Shown here: positions 45,164-54,745 of the stretch, one piece after another | Layout: each line of letters opens with the position of its first letter | Numbering within the stretch: position 1 is the first letter of the stretch | Assembly (NCBI GenBank): GCA_963744995.1 | Contig: CAVUWA010000004.1 | Span: forward strand, 320,001-384,000 | Length of the DNA stretch: 64,000 nucleotides | From: Candidatus Eiseniibacteriota bacterium | GTDB taxonomy: Bacteria; Eisenbacteria; RBG-16-71-46 | Reading direction: 5' to 3' | Translations under genes and position numbers: made by a program | Notes under the pieces: generated by a model | Database searches by the model: none | What the model saw: the letters and a program-made list of their open reading frames with translations, nothing else | What the model was told of the DNA's origin: nothing

Positions 45164-45628
45164 TCAGCGCCCGCGCCTGCGGGCCGCCTTCTTGCGGCCC
45201 GGCACCTTCACCACGCCTGCGGCCGACTTGCGGAATGCCTCGATCGCGCGCTGGCGGAAGGCCAGGTGCGCCGTCACCATGCGCTCGAACTGGTACAGGT
45301 AGGTCGGCCGCACGTCGCGGCGGGCCCCGTCGATCCACGGCTTGCAGCGCTCCCAGGTCACGATGTCCTCGCCGGTGTGGTCGAAGAACAACTCGGAGTG
45401 CAGCACGCCGCGGTTGACCAGCGTCGCCACCATCTCCCAGTAGGACGTCGTCATCCGCAACCAGCGGTCCTCATCGGAGTGGCTCAGGTAGCGCGCCTTG
45501 ATCGTCGCCCAGTCCACGCCCTGAAACTCGGTCAGGAACCACTTGCGCGCGGTGCGGAGTTCGGATTCGCGGCGGACCTCGTACAGACGGAGCAGCAGTT
45601 CGGCATCGGCGTGCGTGGGTTTGCGCAT
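45164..45628 (-). CDS. Hypothetical protein (DUF4760-like)
   Basis: MRKPTHADAELLLRLYEVRRESELRTARKWF...SYWEMVATLVNRG; SD GGAG; coding-like codon usage; directly upstream of aroC. Confidence 0.7.
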   Translation of the reverse strand: MRKPTHADAELLLRLYEVRRESELRTARKWFLTEFQGVDWATIKARYLSHSDEDRWLRMTTSYWEMVATLVNRGVLHSELFFDHTGEDIVTWERCKPWIDGARRDVRPTYLYQFERMVTAHLAFRQRAIEAFRKSAAGVVKVPGRKKAARRRGR

Positions 45629-45796
45629 GGGCGTCTCCGGGTCGGCGAGGATGGACGGTGCGAATCTATCAGGCCGCGCGGGGTCACGGAAGCCCCGCGG
45701 CACGGCGCGGCGGGCGCGGCGCCGCGCGCGGCACCCACGGCGCGCCGCCGCGGTACCGGCTTGCCATGCCCCGGCACGTCCCGCATGCTGCGCCGC

Positions 45797-48547
45797 ATGG
45801 TCGATTCCGAGCGTCCCCTGCCGATCGTCCGTCTGCTGCTCGCCGGCGTACTGCTGCTCGCGATGCTGGGCCTGTTCGTCCTGCCGAACCTCTGGATCGA
45901 GTACCGCTGGTTCCACGAGGTCGGCTATTCGCAGGTGTTCGCGACGACGCTGTGGACGCGGCTCGCGGTGCGCGCCGGATTCGGCATCGCCTTCCTCGCC
46001 GTGTTCCTCGGCAGCGTGCTCGTGGCGATCCGCGACACGCCGCCGAGCTTCGCGGCGCTGCGCGAACTGCGCGAGATGCTGCCGTCGTTGGATCAGCTGC
46101 GCCCCGTCCTGCGGCTGGTAGCCGTGCTCGGCGGCATCGGGCTGGCGTGGCTCGTGTCGCAGTGGGCCGACGGCCAGTGGCTCGAGTGGCTGCGCTTCCG
46201 CCATGCGCAACCGTTCGGGGTGACCGATCCGGTCTTCGGCCGCGACGTCGGCTTCTACGTGTTCACGCTGCCGTTCCTGCGCACCCTGGCCGGCTTCGCC
46301 GCCTTCACGGTCGCCGCGAGCGGCGTGGCGACGACGATCGTCTACGTGCTGCAGGGCCAGCTGTGGGCGCGGCCCGGCTTCCTGGCGATCACCGCGCCGG
46401 CGCGCGGGCATCTGGGGGTCCTGATCGCGCTGTTCCTGCTGACCCTGGCGGGGCACGCGGTCCTCGATCGCTTCTCGATCGTGCAGAACACGCGCGGCTT
46501 CGTGACCGGCGCCGGGTACACCGACCTGCACGCGGTGCTCCCCGCCCTGACGATCTTCGCGATCGTCACCGTGCTGGCGGCCCTGCTCGTCGCGGCGGAA
46601 TCCACGCGCGCGAGTTTCCGGCTGACGATCTTCTCGCTCGTCGCGGTGACCGCCTGTCACGTGCTGTTCGTTCAGCTCTGGCCGTTCGCGCTGCAGCGCT
46701 TCGTGGTCTCGCCCAACGAGATCGAGCGCGAGCGGCCGTACATCGCTCGCGAGATCGCGGGCACCCGCTTCGCGTACGGCCTCGACCACGTCGAGGAGGG
46801 CCGCTTCCCGGCGACCCCGGAACTGAGCGCGGCGCAGGTCGCGGCGAATGCGCGCACGATCGACAACGTGCGGCTGTGGGAGGTCGACCCACTGAGGAAG
46901 ACCAACGCGCAGCTCCAGGAAATCCGGACCTACTACGACTTCGTCGACGTGGACAACGACAGGTACGAAATCGGCGGCGAGCTCCGGCAGGTCGCCCTCT
47001 CGGCGCGGGAGCTCAACCCCGCGGCGCTGCCGGCGCGAATCTGGATCAACGAGCACCTCACCTACACGCACGGCTACGGCGCCTGCGTGGCGCCGGTCAA
47101 CCGGATCTCCCCCGAGGGCCTGCCCGAATACTTCGTCAAGAACATCCCGCCGGTTTCCTCGGTCCCGGAGCTCGAGATCAAGCGCCCCGAGATCTACTAC
47201 GGCGAGCTCGCCGCGCAGTACGCGTTCGTCAACACGCAGGCGCGCGAGTTCGATTACCCCTCCGGCGATGAGAACGTCTACACGAACTACGCCGGAAAGG
47301 GCGGCATCCGGGTGGGCGGGCTGCTGGACCGCGTCCTGCTGGCGCTGCACTTCGGCGAGCCGAAGATCGTGCTCTCGTCCGACATCCGTGCCGGCAGCCG
47401 GCTGCTGATCCACCGCCGGGTGCGCGAGCGGGTCGGTCGCATCGCGCCGTTCATCAGGTGGGAGAACGACCCGTATCTGGTGATCCGCGACGACGGCTCG
47501 CTCGTCTGGATGATCGACGGTTATACGACCAGCGACGCCCTGCCCTACGCGGCGTCGTACGGGAAGCTGGGCAACTACATCCGCAACCCCGTGAAGGCGA
47601 CCGTGGACGCCTACGACGGCACGGTCCGGCTGTGGAACGTGTCGCCGGACGAGCCCCTGGTGCGCGCCTATGCCGAGATCTTTCCCGGCGCGTTCACCGC
47701 CGCCGATTCGATGCCGGACGACCTGCGCCGCCACATGCGCTACCCGGAAGGCATGTTCTCCGTACAGGCGCAGATCTACGCCACGTACCACATGGACGAT
47801 CCGCAGGTGTTCTACAACAAGGAGGATCTGTGGCGGCTGGCGCGGCGCCAGTCGGGGCGCAGCGACGACGGCGGCGCGGTGAGCCCGTACTTCACGATCA
47901 TGAAGCTCGCGGGCATCGGCGATCAGGAGGAGTTCATCCTGATGCTGCCGTTCACTCCCGCGCGCAAGGAGAACATGATCGCGTGGATGTGCGCGCGCTG
48001 CGACCCGCCGCACTACGGCAAACTGCTCGTCTACCAGTTCCCGAAGCAGCGCCTCGTCTACGGGCCGCAGCAGATCGAATCGCGCATCAATCAGGACACC
48101 GATATCGCGAAGGAGCTCACGCTCTGGAACCAGCAGGGCTCGCAGGTGATCCGCGGCAATCTGCTGGTGGTGCCGGTGGACTCGTCGGTGGTCTACTTCC
48201 AGCCCCTGTACATCGAATCCGAGGGCCAGGCCGCGCTGCCCGAACTCAAGCGCATCCTGGTCGCGTTCGGCGACCGCATCGCCATGGAGCCCACCATGCC
48301 CGAGGCGCTGGCGCAGATCTTCGGCGAGAACGCCGGCGAGAGCGAGGCGGAGGTCTCGGAGGAAGGCACGACCGCGCGCCGGGCAGATACCGCCGGGACC
48401 ACCCCCGCCTCCGAACGGCTGCGTCAGGCGGCCGCGATCTACCGGCGCGCGCAGGCCGCCCTGCGCCGCGGCGATCTGTCGGCCTACGCGCGCGAGATCA
48501 AGTTGCTCGGCGACCTTCTGGAGGGATCGGGCGCCTCACCGCCCTGA
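45797..48547 (+). CDS. UPF0182 family membrane protein
   Basis: WFHEVGYSQVF, DPVFGRDVGFYVFTLP, GAGYTD, HLTYTHGYG, NYIRNPVKA and VIRGNLLVVP. Confidence 0.93.
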   Translation: MVDSERPLPIVRLLLAGVLLLAMLGLFVLPNLWIEYRWFHEVGYSQVFATTLWTRLAVRAGFGIAFLAVFLGSVLVAIRDTPPSFAALRELREMLPSLDQLRPVLRLVAVLGGIGLAWLVSQWADGQWLEWLRFRHAQPFGVTDPVFGRDVGFYVFTLPFLRTLAGFAAFTVAASGVATTIVYVLQGQLWARPGFLAITAPARGHLGVLIALFLLTLAGHAVLDRFSIVQNTRGFVTGAGYTDLHAVLPALTIFAIVTVLAALLVAAESTRASFRLTIFSLVAVTACHVLFVQLWPFALQRFVVSPNEIERERPYIAREIAGTRFAYGLDHVEEGRFPATPELSAAQVAANARTIDNVRLWEVDPLRKTNAQLQEIRTYYDFVDVDNDRYEIGGELRQVALSARELNPAALPARIWINEHLTYTHGYGACVAPVNRISPEGLPEYFVKNIPPVSSVPELEIKRPEIYYGELAAQYAFVNTQAREFDYPSGDENVYTNYAGKGGIRVGGLLDRVLLALHFGEPKIVLSSDIRAGSRLLIHRRVRERVGRIAPFIRWENDPYLVIRDDGSLVWMIDGYTTSDALPYAASYGKLGNYIRNPVKATVDAYDGTVRLWNVSPDEPLVRAYAEIFPGAFTAADSMPDDLRRHMRYPEGMFSVQAQIYATYHMDDPQVFYNKEDLWRLARRQSGRSDDGGAVSPYFTIMKLAGIGDQEEFILMLPFTPARKENMIAWMCARCDPPHYGKLLVYQFPKQRLVYGPQQIESRINQDTDIAKELTLWNQQGSQVIRGNLLVVPVDSSVVYFQPLYIESEGQAALPELKRILVAFGDRIAMEPTMPEALAQIFGENAGESEAEVSEEGTTARRADTAGTTPASERLRQAAAIYRRAQAALRRGDLSAYAREIKLLGDLLEGSGASPP

Positions 48548-48600
48548 TGCACGGCAGCCGGCCGCCGTGGCAGGGCGGCACGAATCACGAGAGGTGACGC

Positions 48601-49497
48601 ATGGACACGCTGGTGACGACGTTCAATCCCGAGAAGCTGACCGCCGATCTCGTGCATTTCATTCCGCGGATCGGGGTTGCCGCGCTGGTGTTCTTCGCCT
48701 TCTGGGGGTTGCAGCGCTTCACCCGCCCGCTGCTGCGCCGGATCCTGCTGCGCGCGGGGCTGCACGAGACCCTGGTCCACATGCTGGTGGACAACATCTA
48801 CGGGATGGCGCTGATGATCCTCGGCGTGATCTCCGCCGCCGGGCAGCTCGGCATCAACGTGACCGCGGCACTCGCCGGCATCAGCGTCGCCGGCATCGCC
48901 GTCGGACTCGCCGCGCAGGACTCCCTTTCCAACATGATCGCGGGCTTCCTGATCTTCTGGGACAAGCCGTTCCACGTGGGCGACTACGTCACCGTGCTGG
49001 ACCAGTACGGGCGCGTGGTCGAGATCACGATGCGCACGACCCGCATCCGTACGCAGCAGAACACGTACCTGGTGATCCCCAACAAGAACATCATCGATTC
49101 GCCCCTGGTCAATCACAGCAAGCACGGCGACATCCGCGTCGAGGTCGAGATCGGCATCGCCTACAAGGAGTCGATCCCGGAGGCGCGCCGCGTGCTGCTC
49201 GCCGCCGTCGCGACGGTCGAGGGCGTGCTGCTGGAACCGGCGGCCGACGTCGTGGTGAAGCAGACCGGCGCCTCGAGCGTGGATCTGATCGTGCGCCTGT
49301 GGATCAACGACGCGAACATCGAACGCCGCGTCTACTACCGGGCGATGGAAGCCTGCAAACTGGCGCTCGACGAAGCCGGCATCCAGATCCCGTTCCCGCA
49401 TCTGCAGCTGTTCGTCGACAGCGTCGAAGAGCGCGTGTGGAACCGGCTCTCCGGACTGGTGCGCCCGGGCGCGGGCGGAGGGGATCATGGGCGCTGA
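48601..49497 (+). CDS. Small-conductance mechanosensitive channel
   Basis: GLAAQDSLSNMIAG, KPFHVGDYV, IPN and GIQIPFP. Confidence 0.92.
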   Translation: MDTLVTTFNPEKLTADLVHFIPRIGVAALVFFAFWGLQRFTRPLLRRILLRAGLHETLVHMLVDNIYGMALMILGVISAAGQLGINVTAALAGISVAGIAVGLAAQDSLSNMIAGFLIFWDKPFHVGDYVTVLDQYGRVVEITMRTTRIRTQQNTYLVIPNKNIIDSPLVNHSKHGDIRVEVEIGIAYKESIPEARRVLLAAVATVEGVLLEPAADVVVKQTGASSVDLIVRLWINDANIERRVYYRAMEACKLALDEAGIQIPFPHLQLFVDSVEERVWNRLSGLVRPGAGGGDHGR

Positions 49498-50692
49498 TGG
49501 CCGCGCCCGCCCGCGCCGCCGCCGGCGTCGCAAGCGCCGCCCGCGGTCTCAGCCGGGCGCCGCGCCGGGAACGCTGATCGTCGATCCCGACGCGCCGCGG
49601 CCGTCGATCTCGATGACCTCCTACGGTCCGGACGGGTTCGCCGAGACCGCCATAGAACGCGTGGCCGAAATCGTCCCGCGCATGGATGCCCACCCGGTGC
49701 ACTGGATCAACGTGGACGGGCTCGGCGACGAGGCCACGCTGCGCGAGCTGGGGGCCCTCTTCCACCTGCACCGGCTGGCGCTCGAGGACGTCATCAACAC
49801 CAACCAGCGCGCCAAGGTGGAACGCTACCCGGAACATCTCTACGTGGTCGCACATCAGGTGCACACCGAGGACGGGCTCCGCACGGAGCAGTTCAGCATG
49901 TTCGTCGGCGCGAACTACGTGCTCACGTTCCAGGAGTTCACGGGCGATCTGTTCGACGCGGTGCGCAAACGCATCCGTGACGGCCACGGCCGGATCCGCC
50001 AGGCCGGTCCCGGCTACCTCGCCTATGCCCTGCTCGATGCGATCGTCGATTTCTACTTTCCGGTGCTCGAGGAAACGGGCGAGCGGATGGAGCAGCTCGA
50101 GGACGAGGTCCTGCACCGGCCGACGCGCCGCTCGATCGCGCGCATCCACGCGATCAAGCGGAGTCTGCTGACACTGCGGCGCAGCATGTGGCCGATGCGC
50201 GACGCGTTGCACACGCTGCTGCGCGATGAATCCGCGTTCATTCAGGCGGAGGATCGCTACTACCTTCAGGATTGCTACGACCACGCCCTGCGGGTGCTGG
50301 AGATGGTCGAATCGCTCCGCGAAGTGGGCTCGAGTCTGCTGGACGTCTACCTGTCCAGCGAGAGCAACCGCATGAACGAAATCATGAAGGTCCTGACGAT
50401 GTTCGCCAGCATCTTCATTCCGCTGAGCTTCATCGCGGGTCTCTACGGGATGAACTTCGATACGTCGCGATCGCCATGGAACATGCCCGAGCTGGACTGG
50501 CGATTCGGGTATTTCTTCGCTCTCGGAATCATGGCGGCGGTCGCGATCGGGCTGCTGGTATTCTTCGCGCGCAAAGGCTGGCTCGGTGGCGACGATCTGC
50601 CGCCGGAGGACGACGACGAGGGGAGCGGGCCAGGTGCACCGCCCGGTCCTCCGCCGCCCCCCGACGCGACGCCCGGCCGGCCCGCCGCGTGA
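49487..50692 (+). CDS. corA: Magnesium/cobalt transporter CorA
   Basis: WINVDGL, HRLALED, MNEIMKVLT, YGMNF signature and MPEL. Confidence 0.95.
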   Translation: MGADGRARPRRRRRRKRRPRSQPGAAPGTLIVDPDAPRPSISMTSYGPDGFAETAIERVAEIVPRMDAHPVHWINVDGLGDEATLRELGALFHLHRLALEDVINTNQRAKVERYPEHLYVVAHQVHTEDGLRTEQFSMFVGANYVLTFQEFTGDLFDAVRKRIRDGHGRIRQAGPGYLAYALLDAIVDFYFPVLEETGERMEQLEDEVLHRPTRRSIARIHAIKRSLLTLRRSMWPMRDALHTLLRDESAFIQAEDRYYLQDCYDHALRVLEMVESLREVGSSLLDVYLSSESNRMNEIMKVLTMFASIFIPLSFIAGLYGMNFDTSRSPWNMPELDWRFGYFFALGIMAAVAIGLLVFFARKGWLGGDDLPPEDDDEGSGPGAPPGPPPPPDATPGRPAA

Positions 50693-50802
50693 TCGCCCGT
50701 CGCAGGGCGGTCGCCCCGCCCCGCCGCGGGCGGACGCATGGCCGCGACATCCATCACGCTCATCCGGCGCGGCCGGCCGCCCGCGCGAACCCCGGAGGTC
50801 CA

Positions 50803-51735
50803 ATGCGCTGCGCCCTGCTCATGCTGCTCATGGCACTGGCCGGCTGCGCCCCCTCGCCGGGCGTCGCCGCGGCGCCCACGTTCGACGCGTACTGGCACGA
50901 CGGCAAGGCCGAGCTCGACGGCTACCGTTTCCGCATCTCCCGCTACGGCCAGCCGCGCACCGGCGAAGCGGTCGCGGTGTTCGTGACCGAGCCGTTCAGC
51001 CGTTCGAAGCACGTGAAACTCGACCACCCGGAGCGGACGCCGGAGGACGTCGTCGACGTCCTGAAGCTGAACCTGGTGCGCGACTTCCAGACCGGCATCT
51101 ACGACTACAACACCATGGTCTCGGTATTCTCGCGCACCGACGACTTCCAGCCGGTCAAGGTGTCCATGTCGAGCGCCGAATGGTGCGGCAACGTCTACGA
51201 GGAGTGGATCGTGAACGACGCCGGCATCGACGAGCGCACGCTGAGCTACTTCGAGGGTGAGAGCGGCACGCGCACGCTGCCGCGCGAGGACGGCGTGCTC
51301 GAGGACAATCTCTACATCCTGCTGCGCGGCATGCGCGGCCCCTACCTCCCGCCCGGCGGGCACCGCACCGTCGCCTGGCTGCCCGGCACGCTGGTGAGCC
51401 GGCTTACCCACACCCCGGCGGCGTGGACCACGGCGGACATCGCGCGCGAGGCGAAGGACGCGCGCGTCACGGTACCGGCCGGCACGTTCGAGGCCGCAGT
51501 CTACGTGGTGAAGTCGCCCGCGCGCGTGGGCCGTTTCGAGATCGAATCCGCGTGGCCGCACCGTCTGCTGCGCTGGACGTGGACCTCACCCGGCGGGAAG
51601 GCGGCGTTCCCGGGCGGGGCCGACGAGAGCGCCGAGCTCACCGGCAGCGCGCGGCTCGAGTACTGGAAGCTGCACGACAACGGCGACGAGCGCTATCGCG
51701 AGCAGCTCGGCCTGTCGACGCGGGCGCGCGACTGA
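50803..51735 (+). CDS. Conserved hypothetical lipoprotein
   Basis: SD GGAGG, lipobox LAG-C, and motifs YWHDGKAEL, FVTEPF, VLKLN, TGIYDY, SSAEWCG. Confidence 0.75.
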   Translation: MRCALLMLLMALAGCAPSPGVAAAPTFDAYWHDGKAELDGYRFRISRYGQPRTGEAVAVFVTEPFSRSKHVKLDHPERTPEDVVDVLKLNLVRDFQTGIYDYNTMVSVFSRTDDFQPVKVSMSSAEWCGNVYEEWIVNDAGIDERTLSYFEGESGTRTLPREDGVLEDNLYILLRGMRGPYLPPGGHRTVAWLPGTLVSRLTHTPAAWTTADIAREAKDARVTVPAGTFEAAVYVVKSPARVGRFEIESAWPHRLLRWTWTSPGGKAAFPGGADESAELTGSARLEYWKLHDNGDERYREQLGLSTRARD

Positions 51736-51850
51736 GATGCCGCGAGCCGCCGCGCGGCGCCGCGCCGGCCGCCCGCACCACCCGGCCGGGACGGCTTCGG
51801 CTGCAGCCGCCCCGCCGCGATCCGCCGCCGGGGGCGCGCCCGCGCGGCGG

Positions 51851-54025
51851 ATGGCCCTGCGCGTCGCCGCAACCGCGCGCGCGCTGCTCGCGCTGGCGCT
51901 CCTGGCGGCGCCGGCCCGCGCCCGGGTCGGCGAGACGATCGGGCCCTCGATCTTCCGCTTCCACGCCTCCGAATCGGCCCGGGCGGCAGCCCTGCCCTCG
52001 ATCGCGCTCCAGCACCCCTTCCCCGCCCTCGGGCCGCTGCCCGGCGGCGACTCGGTGCGGGTGCACCCCGTTTTCACCCGCATCGGCGAGCGCTTCGGCG
52101 TGCGCGTCGACGCCGGACCGGGCGTGGACTGGTACGGGACCGGCGAGGTCGCCGGCCCGCTGCGCCGCAACGGGCGCGCGGTGACGCTCTGGAACCTGGA
52201 CGCCTACGGCTGGGGCGAAGACAGCCAGCAGCTCTACCAGTCGCACCCGTGGGTGCTGGGCGTGCGCCCGGACGGCAGCGCGCTCGGCCTGCTGTTCGAT
52301 ACCACGTACCGCAGCCGCATCGAGCTCGGCGATCGTGTGGTGTTCTTCGCCGACGGACCCGCGTGCCCGGTGATCGTGATCGAGCGTGGCACCCCCGGGG
52401 ACGTGGTCGAGGCGCTCGCCGATCTCACCGGACACATGCCGCTGCCGCCGCTCTGGGCGCTCGGTTACCAGCAGTGCCGCTACTCCTACACGCCCGATTC
52501 GCGCGTGCGGGAGATCGCACGCGAGTTCCGGCGCCGCCGGCTGCCGTGCGACGTGATCTGGATGGACATCGACTACATGGACGGCTACCGCAGCTTCACG
52601 TTCCATCCCGAGCGCTTTCCCGACCCGGGCGCCCTGAGCGCCGATCTGCACCGGCAGGGATTCCACGGTGTGTGGATGATCGACCCCGGCATCAAACGCG
52701 AGCCCGGCTATTCCGTCTACGACTCGGGGAGGGAGCGCGACGTCTGGGTGCGCGCGCAGGACGGCAGCCTCTACACGGGCGACGTGTGGCCCGGCGAGTG
52801 CGTGTTCCCCGACTTCACCCGGCCCGACGTGCGCGCGTGGTGGGCCTCGCTCTACGGGCCGTTCCTCGCGCGTGGCGTGGACGGCGTGTGGAACGACATG
52901 AACGAGCCGGCCGTCTTCGACGTGGGCTCGAAGACGATGCCGGTGCGCAATCGGCACGGCGGCGATCCGGCGTTCGGCGGCCCGGCGGATCATGCCCGCT
53001 ACCACAACGTGTACGGCATGCTGATGTCGCGGGCGACCCGCGAGGGCATGCGTGCCGCGCGTCCGGAGCAGCGGCCGTTCGTGCTGACCCGCGCGAGTCA
53101 TCTCGGCGGACAGCGCTACGCGGCGACCTGGACCGGCGACAATTCGGCGAACGAGTACCACCTGCGCGCCTCGATCCCGATGGTGCTGAACCTGGGCCTC
53201 TCGGGGCAGCCGTTCGCGGGCCCGGACATCGGCGGCTTCAGAGGCAACGGCAGCGCTGAGCTGTTCGCGCGCTGGATCGCGGTCGGTGCGCTGTTGCCCT
53301 TCGCCCGCGCCCACACCGAGAAGGGCAGCGTGAACAAGGAGCCGTGGGCCTTCGGGGCGGCGGTCGAGTCGACCGCGCGACTCGCCCTCGAGCGACGCTA
53401 TCGGCTGATGCCCTACCTCTACACCGTGTTCCGTGAGGCTGCCGAGACCGGGCTGCCGGTGGCGCGCCCGCTGTTCTTCGCCGATCCGCAGGATCCGCGC
53501 CTGCGCGCCGTGGACGATGCATTCCTCCTCGGCGGTGACGTGCTCGTGCGCGCGCGCTGGTCGCCCGCCGGCGGGGCCGCGGGTCCGCTGCCCGCGGGCG
53601 GCTGGCGCGGCTTCGTGCTCGATGCCGCCGAGTCCGCCGACCGCACGCTGCCCGATCTCTACCTGCGCCCGGGCGCGATCCTGCCCGTGGGGCCGGTCGA
53701 ACAGCACACCGGCGCCAGGCCGCTCGAGCCGCTCATCCTGATCGTGCGGCTCGACGCCGCGGGTCGCGCGGAGGGCGCGCTGTACGAGGACGCCGGCGAC
53801 GGTTACGGCTACGAGCGCGGCGCGTACCGCGTGAGCCGCTTCACCGCCGTGCGCACCGGCGACACCGTGCGGATCGAGGGCAGGGTCGCCGCCGGCAGCT
53901 GGCCGTGGAAGGAGCGTGCCACGGTGGTGCGGGTGCTGCTCGACGGCCGCGAGGTGACGCGCACGACCCGCGGCGGGCGGACGATCGAGATCCCGCTCGG
54001 ACGCACGCCGGCGTTCGCGCACTGA
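51851..54025 (+). CDS. Glycoside hydrolase family 31 (alpha-glucosidase-like), probably exported
   Basis: LYQSHPW, WMDIDYM, WNDMNEP nucleophile, WTGDN acid/base and GPDIGGF. The start could extend to 51737. Confidence 0.93.
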   Translation: MALRVAATARALLALALLAAPARARVGETIGPSIFRFHASESARAAALPSIALQHPFPALGPLPGGDSVRVHPVFTRIGERFGVRVDAGPGVDWYGTGEVAGPLRRNGRAVTLWNLDAYGWGEDSQQLYQSHPWVLGVRPDGSALGLLFDTTYRSRIELGDRVVFFADGPACPVIVIERGTPGDVVEALADLTGHMPLPPLWALGYQQCRYSYTPDSRVREIAREFRRRRLPCDVIWMDIDYMDGYRSFTFHPERFPDPGALSADLHRQGFHGVWMIDPGIKREPGYSVYDSGRERDVWVRAQDGSLYTGDVWPGECVFPDFTRPDVRAWWASLYGPFLARGVDGVWNDMNEPAVFDVGSKTMPVRNRHGGDPAFGGPADHARYHNVYGMLMSRATREGMRAARPEQRPFVLTRASHLGGQRYAATWTGDNSANEYHLRASIPMVLNLGLSGQPFAGPDIGGFRGNGSAELFARWIAVGALLPFARAHTEKGSVNKEPWAFGAAVESTARLALERRYRLMPYLYTVFREAAETGLPVARPLFFADPQDPRLRAVDDAFLLGGDVLVRARWSPAGGAAGPLPAGGWRGFVLDAAESADRTLPDLYLRPGAILPVGPVEQHTGARPLEPLILIVRLDAAGRAEGALYEDAGDGYGYERGAYRVSRFTAVRTGDTVRIEGRVAAGSWPWKERATVVRVLLDGREVTRTTRGGRTIEIPLGRTPAFAH

Positions 54026-54063
54026 GCCGCCCCGCGCACGCATCCGCGCGGAGCCCTGCCGCT

Positions 54064-54597
54064 TCACCTGTCGCGGCCGCCCGCTTCGATCCAGGGCTTC
54101 AGGCCCTCGAACAGGAAGTGATGCCACGCACCGTCGATGAGGTCGGGCCAGCCTTCTTCCAGTTGTCCGGCGGCGTTGCACGTACAGGTGATCCGCGTGC
54201 TGTCGCCGGCCGCCTCGTAGTCCCAGGTCACCACCATGTCGAGCGCCTTGCCGGCGAGTCCGAGGGGGCCCACGAACCGCAGCCGCTTCCCGCGCTGCGC
54301 CCACGTCACCGTGGCGTGCAGGACGCCGTCTCCCGAGTCGTCGAAGATCTCGTAGAAGCCGCCGCCCGGCTTCGGCTCGATGAAGAACCGTGCCGGCTTG
54401 CCGGAGAACGAGTGATCCCACCAGCTGCTGATGTCGCCGGTCATGGCGTCATAGACCGATGCCGGCGAACCGGGCACGGTCAACGTGTGGTGAATCCGGA
54501 ATCCGCCCGTCTCGAGCGGGGTGACCTCGGCGCGTACGGGGACCGCGGTGACGGGCGCCACCGCGAGCAGCATGGTGAAGCAGGCTCTCACGATCAT
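54064..54597 (-). CDS. SRPBCC/START-like protein with signal peptide
   Basis: VYDAMTGDISSWW, FSG, LRFVGPLG; ATG 54597 with SD GAGG. Confidence 0.72.
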   Translation of the reverse strand: MIVRACFTMLLAVAPVTAVPVRAEVTPLETGGFRIHHTLTVPGSPASVYDAMTGDISSWWDHSFSGKPARFFIEPKPGGGFYEIFDDSGDGVLHATVTWAQRGKRLRFVGPLGLAGKALDMVVTWDYEAAGDSTRITCTCNAAGQLEEGWPDLIDGAWHHFLFEGLKPWIEAGGRDR

Positions 54598-54694
54598 GGT
54601 CGACCTCTCATGATGAAGGATGAGCGCCCCGATCTCCCTCAGGAAAGCGACCGGCTGCAAGGGTGTCAAGGGAGGCCCCTGCCCCGTCGAAACA

Positions 54695-54727
54695 GAAACG
54701 CCGGGGCCCACGGGCCCCGGCGCTTCC
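54695..54727 (-). terminator. Rho-independent terminator after the peptidase gene
   Basis: Stem CGCCGGGGCCC / GGGCCCCGGCG followed on the minus strand by TTTCTGTTT. Confidence 0.7.
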
Positions 54728-54745
54728 TGTTCGAATCGTGGTCGG

